A stretch of DNA of 64,000 nucleotides from Eledone cirrhosa (lineage: Eukaryota): positions 46,934,001 to 46,998,000 of the forward strand of contig OZ024749.1 in NCBI GenBank assembly GCA_964016885.1. The letters are read 5' to 3'. The position numbers were made by a program, and so were the translations under genes. The notes beneath the pieces were generated by a model. That model worked only from the letters and a program-made list of their open reading frames with translations. It had not been told where the DNA came from and did not search any database. Positions 16,646-31,500 of the stretch are shown here, piece after piece (the stretch's first letter is position 1; every line of letters begins with the position of its first letter).

Positions 16646-16841
16646 ACGCAGCAAGAATTCACATTTATATATAAGTTTGAATCTATTTAAAATTTTAGAT
16701 TTTAAATTGCAGTAAATATATTTAAAAAACAATATATATTTTTTTAAATGTATATATTTTTAAAAATATATTTACTGCACATTAAAATCTAAAATTTAAA
16801 ACAGATTCAAACTTATATATAAATGTGAACTTTTTCTGCGT
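16646..16841. repeat. imperfect inverted repeat, ~80-bp arms
   Basis: ACGCAG..TTCACATTTATATATAAGTTTGAATCT..TGCAGTAAATAT is mirrored by ATATTTACTGCA..AGATTCAAACTTATATATAAATGTGAA..CTGCGT. Confidence 0.9.
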
Positions 16842-16844
16842 ACG

Positions 16845-17001
16845 TGATCAGAAGATCGCGTTAAGGGTGAAAGCAGCGATTATTTGCTTAAAATTGAATC
16901 TGCTATTTTAATAAATATTTGCTCTACGGTTCTTATATATTTGATATATTTTTATACTTATCGAGCCCTCTTTGGATTTTAGTCTTCAAATTTATTATTA
17001 T

Positions 17002-17005
<4 letters not shown>
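16845..17005 (+). mobile_element. 3' end of PLE family F with a variant hammerhead
   Basis: CAGAAGA TCGC gttaa GGGT GAAA GCA..TGC TT, then tail GAGCCCTCTTTGGATTTTAGTCTTCAAATTTATT matching the reverse complement of 60345-60385; ends in (TA)n. Confidence 0.85.
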
Positions 17006-17063
<58 letters not shown>

Positions 17064-18574
17064 AAGTAAGTCCATAGATCATTAGATAAAATATATACAG
17101 TAGTTCTTCTCCCATTCAGCATAATCAACCATACAACACATCATTTAAACGAGGTTATGGGTTTAAAATACCTATGAAGAATAATAGATAAATAAATGAT
17201 ATCTTTTAATCCGCGATTCAAGCCACAGAAAATTTACCTAGTATTTCTGAGAGCATGTAGAAATTGACTAGACATACAGCTAACCATACATAATTCGGTA
17301 CAACATGAAAGTTAGTGGAATAAGTGTACATAAACATACCAAAATCATCACACACGCCTTGGTATTATGCCAATACTATATATCATTTCACACCTTTTAT
17401 TATTAAGGTTTTTGATGTTCTATTGAGAGAATCGATTTTACTGAAAATATCGAATAACGTACACCATTTTACCAGGAAAAAAATACTGGTCCACCCACAC
17501 ACACACACGCACACATTCTCAAACACAACACACACGCGTACATTAACATACAAAGATACATATACACACACACACGCACACACACACACTTCTCCGTATA
17601 AGACAAGAGCTGAAAAATATCTTCTAACATGTTAAAATATCCCCCACTCACTTACAGACACATTCCTACTGACGATCACTCTACCACGAATTACTCTGCT
17701 ACACACACACTTACACACACACACACACACACTTGTCTTAATAGGCATTTGAACTGTCAACAGGCTGCGGTTCGCACACACATATTTGCTGATCATTATC
17801 ACAACAACGAACACTTTACTATTACTACACACACACCATATTTGTTGTGAACGAGTCATTTCTCAGTCAGCCGACATAAACCTACATTTGGCGCAAATTT
17901 AATTGTTTACATTTTCACAAGACCTCTACCGACCAATCAACATTTTGGCCACAAGCATTTTTGCAACACGAATTGGCGCAAAACTTATTTTAATACCGCT
18001 GGAGCCACTTTTTTAACATAAAAACAGGTACACTTCCCAAAACTAATCAGATAAGAGCAAACATCACGGATGCTTTATCTCAAAATTATTTTTGAAAAGC
18101 ATTAGAAATGCGCAAACGGTAAAACATAAAACCCAAACTGAATACTAACCAATACAATTACTAAGGCTCACTTATTCCTAATTGAACTATTTTTCACTGT
18201 GAACAATTTGTCAGCATTTTCTATTCCGCATTATATATATTAAATGTTTACATTGAGTTAGAAACTCAAATAGTCTCTTACAACAAAATAGCTCTAAGAA
18301 AGAGATATTTCCGAGCCGTATATTATAATAGAATATAAAAGAAAACCGAACAGATATATATAGATATATGTGTTCAAATCGAAAGGGACCTGATTTGCTA
18401 AGCTGAAAAGAATACTAACTATAGACAATTGGGTTCGCTTGTCTCAATTTAGGAAAGACATTTAGAAAATAAATAAAAAACCGGAATTGTGGTAATCATC
18501 AATCATTCAGAAAACTTGTTGTTTCGCAAAGTTAATTGTGAATAGAAATACTATTGCAAGCTCATTATTATATC

Positions 18575-18649
18575 GTGGTCGATAAAATAAACTACCAGTA
18601 ATCCACTGGGTTATTGCTGGCCTTGTGCCTAAAGTAGAAACGATTATTG
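18575..18649 (+). mobile_element. SINE 3' fragment
   Basis: GGTCGATAAAATAAACTACCAGTAATCCACTGGGTTATTGCTGGCCTTGTGCCTAAAGTAGAAAC. Confidence 0.85.
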
Positions 18650-18886
18650 TATACGGCTCCGAAATATCTCTTTCTTAGAGCTATTTTGTTGTAAGAGACT
18701 ATTTTGAGTTCCCAACTCAATGTATACGTTTAATATATTCGTCTCCGCTAACTTGTCGAGCTATTTCAAATGTCGAATAAACCTGGCTGCTATTTTTAGT
18801 GGTGTGGATTTGTGAGACTCGCCAGGATGCCATGTGCGCTGTTTTATTTTTTATATAGAGCATACATTGATGGTGTAGGATAAGCT

Positions 18887-18964
18887 ATCACCCACTGATG
18901 AGCTTGGATTAGTATTTCTATTCACAATTAACTTTGCGAAACAACGGCAAGTTGTCTGGGTGAT
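18887..18964 (+). ncRNA. type I hammerhead ribozyme
   Basis: Stem I ATCACCCA/TGGGTGAT (8 bp); CTGATGA; GC..GC; GAAA; stem III CAAC/GTTG; GTC cleavage triplet. Confidence 0.85.
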
Positions 18965-19128
18965 TGCTAGTTGCCACAATTCCGGTTTGTATTTATTTTC
19001 TTTATTTTTTTCTTAAATTTAGACAAGCGAACCCAATTGTCTATAATTAGTATTCTTTTCACCTTAGCGAATCAGGTCCCTTATCATTTGAACATAAATA
19101 TATATATATATATGTGTCCGCTTTTCTT

Positions 19129-19194
<66 letters not shown>

Positions 19195-20369
19195 AATAGA
19201 GAGAGCGAGAGGGGAAAGTGGCTGACAGAGATTTACTTATAATAATTCCTAGAACCCTTTAAACATATCCCTCAATAAACGATACGATACTTAATAAGAG
19301 TCATTTCCATTTGAACACATTGTGTCTCTATTTCATATCGTGAGTACAACTTGACATATTTAGGGGAAATGTTGTTCCCTTTCCATCACACTTGGAAAAA
19401 GGTATTCTTTATCATATAGAAGATCTGTTGACATCATGTGCACGTTTGCGATTATATATTACCTCTTGTGTAATAATCACGTTAGAGAAACAAACATGTA
19501 CCGTTTTGTTTTGCCTACAGACATGTTCGTAATTAAATTTGGCGGATTTCTTTGGATGCGGCAGTAGATAAAAGGCATCATGATGTGAGGTTATATTGAA
19601 CATAGACACGTGATATTGCCATGGATAATCTAAAGTTGCTCTACACCCTCGTGGAATGGTGTGGTTATATTTATGTACGTTTAGGAACTGGAAACAAGAC
19701 TCAGCCCTCACTGTGAAGGCATCCAATGTCACCAACAAATACGTCAGATGCAGAAATAATCAAAGCGATGGTGACTGTTTTTTTTCGACTAACACCGTGT
19801 GTGTGTATATGTATGCATGTGTGAATGAGTGTGTTCATGTGTGCATTTGAATATATGTACATGTACGTGTTAAATATCCGTACAATTATATGATATTATT
19901 CCGGTGACTGTAAAATGAAAAGTCGGATTATTGATTTCTTCAACTGAAACAAATATGAAAGGAAGTATTCAGAGATATGAAAATTCCTTATTTATAGTAA
20001 ATATCCACTAATGTTTGCAATATAACGCTGCTCGATATTCTACTATAACTGAAAACATATGTCATCCATAGCTTTCTACACCGTTCTGATATTAATCTAA
20101 ATCATTTTTACTGCAACTAGAGAGAATAAGCGTATGCATAAAACAACATTCACAATACTAGACTAAAAAAAATATATCGTACCGTATTGTAGGAGCAACA
20201 CCTGAAATATAACAACAGATACATAAATATGTCCTAACATTTCTTTGTTTATATTGTTCGATATTTATCCACATTACAACTTCTCCTAAACTTCCACTTG
20301 GTTCTTGCATGTGTAAAAATATTAATGGTGTCTGGAGAGTATTATTGACATAGACAGATGGACACACAC

Positions 20370-20985
<616 letters not shown>

Positions 20986-21472
20986 CCAGCGATCGAAATA
21001 GAGAGAGGTTGAGCTTGAGTATGTATGTATATATGTGGGAGAGTAGTGGATGCGGGCGGGGATATATAGAGAAAAAGATAGTAATAAACGTAGAAGGATT
21101 AGAAATATTTCTTTTGTAAACAGACGGTGGAAAATTTATTACCTTGTTGCTATAGATAAATGCGTTTCTCTTTCTTTTTTCTTTGCATTTTATTTGTGTA
21201 TATCATGCACCATATTGAAATATATGTATTCTACCGAGAATTAATTTACACTTTCAAAACAACATCTTCATAACCGTCAACACCATCGTCATCGTTATTA
21301 CAATCATCATCACCATAACCATCATCATTCTCATCATCGATACCATCACCATCATCTTCATCATCATAATTATCACGAACATCATCTTCATCGTTAACCT
21401 CCATTCGAAGGTCATTACATTATTATACATTGCATTCGTTATTAGTATAGTAATTCTTATTAATCTCGAAAC

Positions 21473-21473
<1 letters not shown>

Positions 21474-21550
<77 letters not shown>

Positions 21551-21730
21551 CTGTAGTAGTTTTTACATTATATTCCATACCATATGTTTTGTATATGAAA
21601 CCCTACTGTCACTCAGTAGATACAATCCACTGTATTTTACCAATCCATCTCGACTTCCACATATATACATAGTACATACTACTACTAGTACTGCTACTAC
21701 TACTACTAATACTGCTACTACTACTATTAT

Positions 21731-21774
<44 letters not shown>

Positions 21775-21775
21775 G

Positions 21776-21840
<65 letters not shown>
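21474..21840. repeat. (AGT)n array followed by a complementary (ACT)n array
   Basis: (AGT)n at 21474-21560 and (ACT)n at 21676-21840. Confidence 0.9.
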
Positions 21841-22089
21841 TATGGAATACTGCAACTAGAAAAAGAAATACTAACACAATGAATGCGGTGCTACTGATAA
21901 TAACAGAATACATATTAATGTTGACCATGATACCAATACTAACAGCAGCAATATTACTAAGAATAGGAAGTCGTGACGACGATTATGCTGTCTCCACCAT
22001 AAACCATGTATAAAGCCTTATATAACCTTGCATATTATACGTCATAATAATCTATTTCAAAAGGATATTTATTGATATTAGGACGACGT

Positions 22090-22140
<51 letters not shown>

Positions 22141-22653
22141 TTCACTATATATGACCAGATCCGATTTCTTTGATACTGTAATAAATTCCATGGTTATATA
22201 TCAAACGAAAACCTATATTTTTCTAAATGTAGGTTTTTGTTTGATTCTCCGATCCGCGTCGCACGTCCTGCAAGGATAACTTTCTTCATATATATTGCTT
22301 CAAGCATTCGTATTTTTTTTCTTACTTCCATCATGTTACAAACACACACATGTATATATATTTACCTACACACACACACACACACACAAACACACATACA
22401 CACGCACACATATATATATATATATGTATATATATATCTGTGTGTGCGTATGTGTGTGACTGTATGGTTAATAATCACAACGTTGTATAATGAATGGAAT
22501 ATATATATAATAATATATATATATATACCATGGGCGTTTGTGGAATACAATGCGCGCATATCTGTTATCCACACATCTATGTAATAGCCATCGACCTGCC
22601 TGCCTCTCTGCCTGTATGTCTCAATCTCAGTCTCTCATTTCCTCTCACTATAC

Positions 22654-22810
<157 letters not shown>

Positions 22811-22817
22811 TATTTAT

Positions 22818-22859
<42 letters not shown>

Positions 22860-22950
22860 GTATATATATATACATAAATATATATATATGTTTATTTATA
22901 TATATATGTGTTTATTTATTCATTATATGGCAATGTATATATATATATAT

Positions 22951-23156
22951 ATAACTAAGGAAATGTGGTTAAGAACCAGGTGGACCATAACGCACCAAAG
23001 TAATCAATACTTAGGGTAGTAGAGTGGGTAATAGGAACGAGTAGGACCCCGACGACTGAGCTCAAGCCGTTTCCACGGCTAATTTTGGACATTAGCTGTC
23101 AGAATTAGCCGTCGAAACGGCTTGAGCTCAGCCGTCGTGGTCCTACTCGTACCTAT
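22951..23156 (-). mobile_element. palindromic half-hammerhead element (family P), diverged copy
   Basis: Homologous to 26184-26384; ~60-bp inverted arms; inserted in (TA)n. Confidence 0.9.
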
Positions 23157-23425
23157 ATATATATATATATATTATATATATAGAATAGGTACAGACAGAA
23201 CGTTAGAGAGGTGGACAGTGGGGGAACTATGTATACAAGTATAGATGCGTACTTACGTACACATACACACACACACGCGTTCAATCACACACACAGAAAC
23301 CACTATATGTATTCATATTTTTGATTTACAGCGTTTGTTTTGTTTCATTCATCAACAATACATATATGCACACACACACACACACACACTCTCACACACA
23401 CACACACACACACACATACACACAA

Positions 23426-23467
<42 letters not shown>

Positions 23468-23515
23468 ATATATATATATTTATATATATTTGTCTGCCTC
23501 TCTGTTTTGTTCCCG

Positions 23516-23547
<32 letters not shown>

Positions 23548-24041
23548 TATATATGCATATATATATATATATATATATATAGATATATATAAATATACAT
23601 TGCCATATAATGAATAAATAAACAAAATTTCCTTACATAAAATACATTAATCATATCATATCAGTGTATGAGAAAAAGAAGATAATACCTTTATATATCG
23701 TAGATATATAAAGCTAGATAAAATTCACATACAACAACACCGAAAATTAATGTGCAATAATATTCGGAAATAATTTTCTCTATGGAAAGTCTATATGTAG
23801 TTCAAAGAAACGTCGTGTAAGCCTACATCTATTTTTCGAAATAAAGTCTATATTTAACAGATATTGCGTTTAGATCAACTTTTCATAATCACAGAAAATA
23901 GATACGGGAGTAGAAATATGGATATTCAAAAATGTATCTAACAATATTTTCCTAACTATATGTGATTTGATATCACTTATCTCTCAATGTATCAATAAGT
24001 GTTTCCATCTCTCTCCCTCCAAATTCTCGCTCCTCTCCCTT

Positions 24042-24083
<42 letters not shown>

Positions 24084-24103
24084 CCTCTCTCCCTCTCTAT
24101 CGC

Positions 24104-24138
<35 letters not shown>

Positions 24139-24277
24139 ATATATATATATATCTATATATATATCTATATCTCACTCCCTCTCTCGCTCTCTTGGTATAT
24201 ATATCTATTCAAGAAAGAGAGATATATTTAGAAATATTTAGAGAAATAATAATTAAGGCTCAAATAGGAAACAATTA

Positions 24278-24465
24278 GGATTGGCAGTATCGGGAGAGTG
24301 TCTGACGCCATGCATTGACGCATAGAGTTACGGTCCTTTATGGTCTGAGTTCAAATCTCTCCGAGGTTAATTTTGTCTTTCATCCTTGCAGGATCGATAA
24401 AATAATGTACCAGTAATACACTGCGATAATTGCTGACCTTGTGCCAACAGTAGAAACAATTATTA
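24278..24465 (+). mobile_element. tRNA-derived SINE
   Basis: A-box-like TGGCAGTATCGG, B-box-like GAGTTCAAATCT, shared core and AGTAGAAACAATTATT tail. Confidence 0.9.
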
Positions 24466-25394
24466 TATTAGTTGAACATCAATACTTGGATCTAAATCAA
24501 TTGCAATGTTTGGACATACTGTCTATACAGGAAATGATTTACCTTCGTTTACAATTTGTTCCATAAATTTCACTTCAATTTCTAGCATGCCTGAAGAACA
24601 CTTTCATGACTAATTTGTTTTCCTGAGTATTGTGAGCAAGTCTAAGATCCACACATACATGATAACATTTCCCCCTTCACTATGAATGTATCAGCTATTT
24701 CTAGCATATGTAAAGACACCTCTAATGGTCACTTTTTTACATGTTTTCCTGATACTATAAGGCATACTACATCAATATGAATTGTTATCAAACAAGATGT
24801 ATGGCATAAATAATTCACTGCCTGTATTCTATAATAGAATATCAATAATATTCTGCCATTCCTAACAGGATTAATCATACAGGTATCGCAAAGGGAAATT
24901 CGACGAAAGCAAATATTAAACATCCAACATTTCAGCTGATATTGGATGCTCAATGTGATATTCCTACATGCTAGTTATAATAGGTAAATTAAGTGAAATC
25001 ACAAAATACCGTGGATGTTCGTATTTAAAACAGTGTCATATTTCATTGTGTAGTCGAAGGTAACAAGGGTCACATTTAGCATTAATATGTTCTATATTAT
25101 TTGGGAAGATATAAACAATATACAACATATACCAGAGAATGTAATTTGCTACGATTCAACTAAATCTAAATGTTATCTCACTGTATATACTTGGATTATT
25201 GCATAAGGTTTCATAGATCACGCCTGTGAGGTGATGCTAATTAACACTAATGGTACTCCACAATTATGAAGCATTGGGTGTACGCTGGATTGTATTATTT
25301 TGTTATTTGTTTGGAATTTTTTTTTTACTTGCAGAATATTGTTTTTATACTAAATTCAAGTGAACCATATGCTTTAATCCGTATGCGAGCAAAT

Positions 25395-25556
25395 GGGTTA
25401 CCTCGTGCTGGCCCTCCCACAGACCCGGCAGACGTAATGGAGGAGGCGTTTCCACGGAGGATGGTAAGGCAGATGCGCTGGAAGAGCCATTCCAACTCGC
25501 GAGGCATACACCTGCGGATGGCTAGCTCAGCGCCCATGGGGGTGAGTAGCAATATG
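25395..25556 (-). mobile_element. probable 3' fragment of a CRE-like non-LTR retrotransposon
   Basis: GC-rich island; minus-strand translation MGAELAIRRCMPRELEWLFQRICLTILRGNASSI resembles the recalled CRE-clade C-terminal motif PRExxxLFQRxSxAxQRGNA. Confidence 0.6.
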
Positions 25557-25857
25557 TCACATATACACATATATATATATATAATATTTTGCTGAGGTTT
25601 ACGTGATTAGTTCCAAATTCATGCGTAGAGTGTCTCGCTCATTTCTTTAACCCCTACGTTAGAAGACCCATACAAACATGTGTACTCTGCGACGGACATA
25701 TAATGTATATATGTATATGACATAACTGACAGTGTTCCACAGTATATGCCTTTGCAATTTCCCTTAAAATGCACAAAGTGTATTGGATCAGAAACCATGT
25801 GTTAGCAATATGAAATACTTAATCTCCCAGCGCAGTCTTTCTCACACACACAAACTT

Positions 25858-25924
<67 letters not shown>

Positions 25925-25972
25925 AAGCTCTCACTCTCTCTCTCTTCCGTTCCCTCTCTTTCTCTCTCTCTA

Positions 25973-26076
<104 letters not shown>

Positions 26077-26091
26077 AGATATATATACATA

Positions 26092-26145
<54 letters not shown>

Positions 26146-26152
26146 TATATAA

Positions 26153-26481
<329 letters not shown>

Positions 26482-27085
26482 AATATATATATAAATATGA
26501 TATGTGTATGTAGTACGTCTGAAATGGCTTATCTGCATATAACACAGATCAGTGAGGGTATTTAGAGATATTATTGCTGGTATCTAAGCAACACAACCAT
26601 CAAATCTTCTTGACCATAAAACTATGATAAACGAACAAATAAATATATAATATATAAAGTATATGAAGCCGAAACTAATCACATCCTTCCTTTTTTGTCT
26701 TCCTTTTCATTCGGTTTCGTAATCTAAAGCATAATAATAAATATCGTGATTTGATAAAACTAATTGGCTAATAAAAGCTTAAAGGAAATTTATTTGTGGT
26801 ATTTTCCGATACATTAAAATGTGGAGTTAGATGAGCAAAATATGTAACGAATAAATTAAAAAATGTAAATAATATTAATAATCTTAAATTTATATGCGGA
26901 CATGCATTCTATCCTAGATATATAACTACCTCTATCTGTGTGACTTTCTCTATATAAATATATATATACTCACACTCACATAGCACACATATACGTTTAT
27001 ATTTATACACGTATGTATATATATATATATATAAAATCTCAGACATGGCATCGTTAATCTAATTTTGCTTTCAATTTTGTTTGTA

Positions 27086-27175
<90 letters not shown>

Positions 27176-27239
27176 CAACATTTTCATTTAGATTAGATTT
27201 ATCAATCTGGCCTTTGAAGTTTTTTTTGAAGTTGATAAA

Positions 27240-27309
<70 letters not shown>

Positions 27310-28032
27310 CATTTAGAAAAATATATATACGTCTCTGCGTATATATATGGATGTGTGTGCGTGTGTGTGTGTGTTTATATGTGTAACAATTTCAAAAGAA
27401 TGATGAAGACATGTAAGATTTGTTCTTTGTCTAACACGTGTTTGAACATGAGGATGTATGAAATAAGTAAATGGAAATAATCTCGATGAAGCTAATTTTA
27501 GTATATATAACATAGATCGGCATCGAAAATTTGCAGATCAAATTGATTGCTTTACCTGCAACCAAATTCCACATAGCTCATCTGTCTTGAAATATATTAT
27601 AAACTACAACAGAAAACAAACAAAGAAACATATGAGCAATTAGGAGATTAGGAGATATAGACAAATGTATGTATATCTATTAATATCTGTTGCAATATGT
27701 CTATTCACTCGGAAGGACTTTACCACTTTTCGGAAAACTAATGAAATGTGTTTCCACGTCGAAATTATCAAACAAGACAACTTGTTTCCAAACACTAAAT
27801 TACACAACTTCAGTTTTCACAAGTATTTTGCTACCAACTCTATAATTTCTATAGAATCATTTTCAGCTATAATCATAGAAAAAGAAGATAAACACACACA
27901 CATGTATACAGAAACAAGCAGACCTATGAGTACATACAAAGAGACACACCTGCTGATATTAACCCACGCACGCAAAAACACATAACTAATTGTTTCTACA
28001 TCAAATCAGTCCATAAAGGGGCATAAATCTTT

Positions 28033-28295
28033 TCTGCAAAGCATGGCGTCCGACCATCTACCGGTACCGCCAATCCCGCGCGCCTCACCATAAATAATTG
28101 TTTCTACTTCAGGTACAAGGCCAGCAATTACCCAGTGCATTACTGGTACTTTATTTTATCGACCCCGTAAGGATGAAAGGCAAAGTCAACCTCGGCGGGA
28201 TTTGAACTCAGATCGTAAAGGGACGTAACTATGCTGGAAAGCATGGCGTCCGACCCTCTACCGATACTGCCAATCCACCACCGCCTCACCATAAA
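28033..28295 (-). mobile_element. tRNA-derived SINE, full copy plus the head of a second tandem copy
   Basis: Reverse complement of the 52351-52545 family; AAAGCATGGCGTCCGACC occurs at ~28038 and ~28238. Confidence 0.92.
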
Positions 28296-30398
28296 TAATG
28301 TCATTTGTTTGTTGAAGAATGTGTTTCTGTTTTCATTGTTCCTCCCGGTAATCAGACCTCCGATAAAATGTGTTGAAGCGCATTATTGTATATTAGAAAC
28401 TACATGTTGAACTCATATTTATTTGAAGCTCTAAATTATATAATTTGAGAGAGCTTTTTTGCTATTAATACCATGTTAAGTTTCCCTACACGGCTCGAGT
28501 TAAGTGTAGAATACCATCAGATTTGGTTTCATTGTCTGATGAATTGGCGAAGATATATAAAGTGGCAGGATTATTAGGACACATGCTATTCAACAGAATA
28601 TATATCATGTGCTATGCACACTTATTCCACTCTATATGGAAACCTGATTGCTGGAAAATACCAATATTCATCTCAAATGCGCGTGTTATTATATAGTATA
28701 GTCTACGATAAATGTATGGATTAAAAAACATCTATGCATAGTTAACGCTATTGGTAGAGAGAACTAACGCAGAAACGTAATAGTGCATATATAACCCTAT
28801 ATAATATATACACAATTTTCAAAAAAGGATGTTTTACAATTCTTTTTCAGTTTGTATTGTTTTTCTTTATAATAATAGTGTTGTATAAAATAGAGAGAAG
28901 TAGATGATATTATACGAGTAATATATTCAATTGTGTCGACTAGATTCTTTAGCGGTGAAATTTGTAATGGAAACCGGAACAAAACAGATTTGAACACGCG
29001 ATCCTGTTTTCAGCATATTTCAGAAACGAACCAAATTCGTTGGTGAGTGTGACACATTATTCTACTCGGATTTAGTTTAAGAGTTTTCGCATCATTTATA
29101 TTTGAATGTTTATACAGTATTTATATACATTTTACGTTCATTTAAGTCAAGGAATTGTAAGGAGATATGTATATAATGCAGTTATGATGATACTGACGAT
29201 GATCATCATTACAATATTCATATTAAAGATTTATCTAAGCGGACATTTTTATTTGTTTAGATGGAGGTGAAGCAAAATATGATGTATAGTTTGTGATAGT
29301 AATGACGGTTAAATTCTATTAACACCCACACTCTATGAGAATCATTTTTTTTTTTTTATTTTGGTAGTTTTTTCTGTCGATATAGATGATATTGGTAACG
29401 TGTTGTTGAGGTCAGGGATGATGAAAAGTTGATGGTGATCATGGAGGTTATAATGCTGATTACGATGCTATAGATAATGTTTGTCATTATCAAGTGATAC
29501 TTACGAGAGTTTTATTGATTAAATGTATAGGAGATGCTACAAAATAAAGTGTTTTTCCAATATCGAGCTTATTAGAGAAAGGTTAAATAGGGAAGGTTTT
29601 ATCGAAAAAACAATAACAGATCGATAGTTTGTAACTGAAAAATGTCAAAGTCAAATTCACTTGCTATATTTTGCCCAATTTCTATGTGATTAGAATTTAC
29701 AATTTGTGAACTATTTCAAGTATCGATAAACTCAAGAAAAGTGACAAGTGATAAATTGCTAAAGCATGTGAAAACAAAAAAAAAAACATCAGCAACAATA
29801 ATAATAAATACTTCATCAATAATGAACAAGACATAATACAAATAATGTGGCAAAGCGCTAAATAGGTTGAGCAAGTATAATAATATTATAATAATTTCAC
29901 AAATTTGCAAGATCTTTGCAAAATCATTAATCATTCGGTTTCACATTTCTAAATTCAATTCTCAAAGTTGAAAATATTGAGAATCATTATTTCGGGCATG
30001 ATGGAATAAAGCATCAATCTAAGAAAGTCATTGACTTAATCGATTATGCACTATCTTTACGTTTCTCTGTTTGAGTCAATGTTATAAATAGGCAAACACG
30101 CGTCTCTTCAAATATTTCAGCGGCACACCCAATCGTAACGAGGAAGGCAAAATATTTGGAAATATGTAATATTTAATTTGTAAATTGTAAGGAAACGCCT
30201 ATCAACTGGTCTAAAGTCTACGTTGTCCACGTTGAACAAGATTCCCACTGATACCATCAGGGTTCCCGCTCTAACAATATGACTGTAACTTCACCATGAG
30301 CTAATGCTCCATAAGATTATATACCCATACCCATATATATATATATATATATATATATGGAGGAGGTTATAGTTCACTTGAAGCATTGTGTAATGAGG

Positions 30399-30666
30399 TA
30401 TAAACGTTTGAATATGTATAATAAAGCCAAACCAATGCAGGTATGGACATAGAAAAAAGAATGCAATTGCAAAAGATATTTAGAACGCTGGTTTGAGACC
30501 TTTATTTCCCTCTGAAGAAGAGATATTATCTCGAAAATTAAGGACGTTTAAAATAAATCTAAATGTAAAAGACGAATTGTCAACAATATCTGTTGCAATT
30601 GCATTCCTTTTTCTATGTCCATACCCGCATTGTTTTGGCTTTATTATACATATTCAAACGTTTATA
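30399..30666 (+). mobile_element. non-coding element: ~82-bp inverted arms around a minimal hammerhead
   Basis: 30399-30480 is approximately the reverse complement of 30585-30666. Confidence 0.85.
30509..30543 (+). ncRNA. minimal type I hammerhead
   Basis: CCT CTGAAGA a GAGAT att ATCTC GAAA AT TA AGG; stem III reduced to the palindrome AATT. Confidence 0.6.
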
Positions 30667-30680
30667 TATATATATATATA

Positions 30681-30883
30681 TAACGAAGGAAATGTGGTAA
30701 GGAACCAGGTGGACCATAACGCACCAAAGTACTCAATACTTGAGGTAGTAGAGTGGGTAATAGGAACCAGTAAGACCCCGACAGCTGAGCTCAAGCCGTT
30801 TCGATGGCTAATTCTGGACGCTAATTGAGTCCAGAATTAGCCTTCGAAACGGCTTGAGCTCAGCTGTCGGGGTCTTACTGGTT

Positions 30884-30888
<5 letters not shown>
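30681..30888 (-). mobile_element. palindromic half-hammerhead element (family P)
   Basis: Nearly identical to 26184-26384; arms 30760-30819 and 30829-30888, 9-nt loop. Confidence 0.92.
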
Positions 30889-30958
<70 letters not shown>

Positions 30959-31422
30959 TTACACTAACATATAGGAACCGATGAATAATGGTTTGCGAAA
31001 TTGTATATATTTTTCTATTTTTCTAATATTGCCCTCCGCAAGGGATTTGACACTGCATAGCCATCACAACTTTCCTTGCTTATCTTATTGCATTTTCTGA
31101 TTATTTTGTATGTATATAACAAAATATTAATAAAACTAGTTCATATTTGTAACATTATTTTTTCGAAATTCTCCCTGGTGAATAATTTTGCCAGTAATAT
31201 TATCCCCTTTCAAATCATGTTGATTAAACAGCAAATCAAGAGGTCACTTAACAACCAATATCTGCATGTTGCATTCAGGTTCCATCAGTCTTTGCCATTG
31301 TGTATAACATCGACTGTCATTCTAGTCGATTAGATTCCAATTCTATTTCGGATAATTTGTAGACTGTTTTCTGATATAACTCTCTAGAAGGGATATCTAG
31401 GGACTCAACACATACGACCTTT

Positions 31423-31423
<1 letters not shown>

Positions 31424-31453
<30 letters not shown>

Positions 31454-31500
31454 AAGAAGATGAAGAAGAAGAAGAAGAAGAAGAAGAAGAAGGAGAAGAA
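31424..31500. repeat. (GAA)n microsatellite
   Basis: Directly visible. Confidence 0.95.

Larger units (their letters stand above)
18235..19140. mobile_element. non-coding hammerhead-bearing element with an inverted, circularly permuted partial copy
   Basis: 18235-18321 is the reverse complement of 18650-18738; 18322-18568 is the reverse complement of 18897-19140. Confidence 0.85.

Noticed and set aside
23488-23517. ~30-bp match to the reverse complement of 37621-37653
   Set aside because: Too short to assign; probably a small repeat remnant
28533-28562. CTGATGA match (similar isolated matches near 11779, 24591, 59794 and 60226)
   Set aside because: No convincing GAAA plus stems I-III; expected by chance in AT-rich DNA
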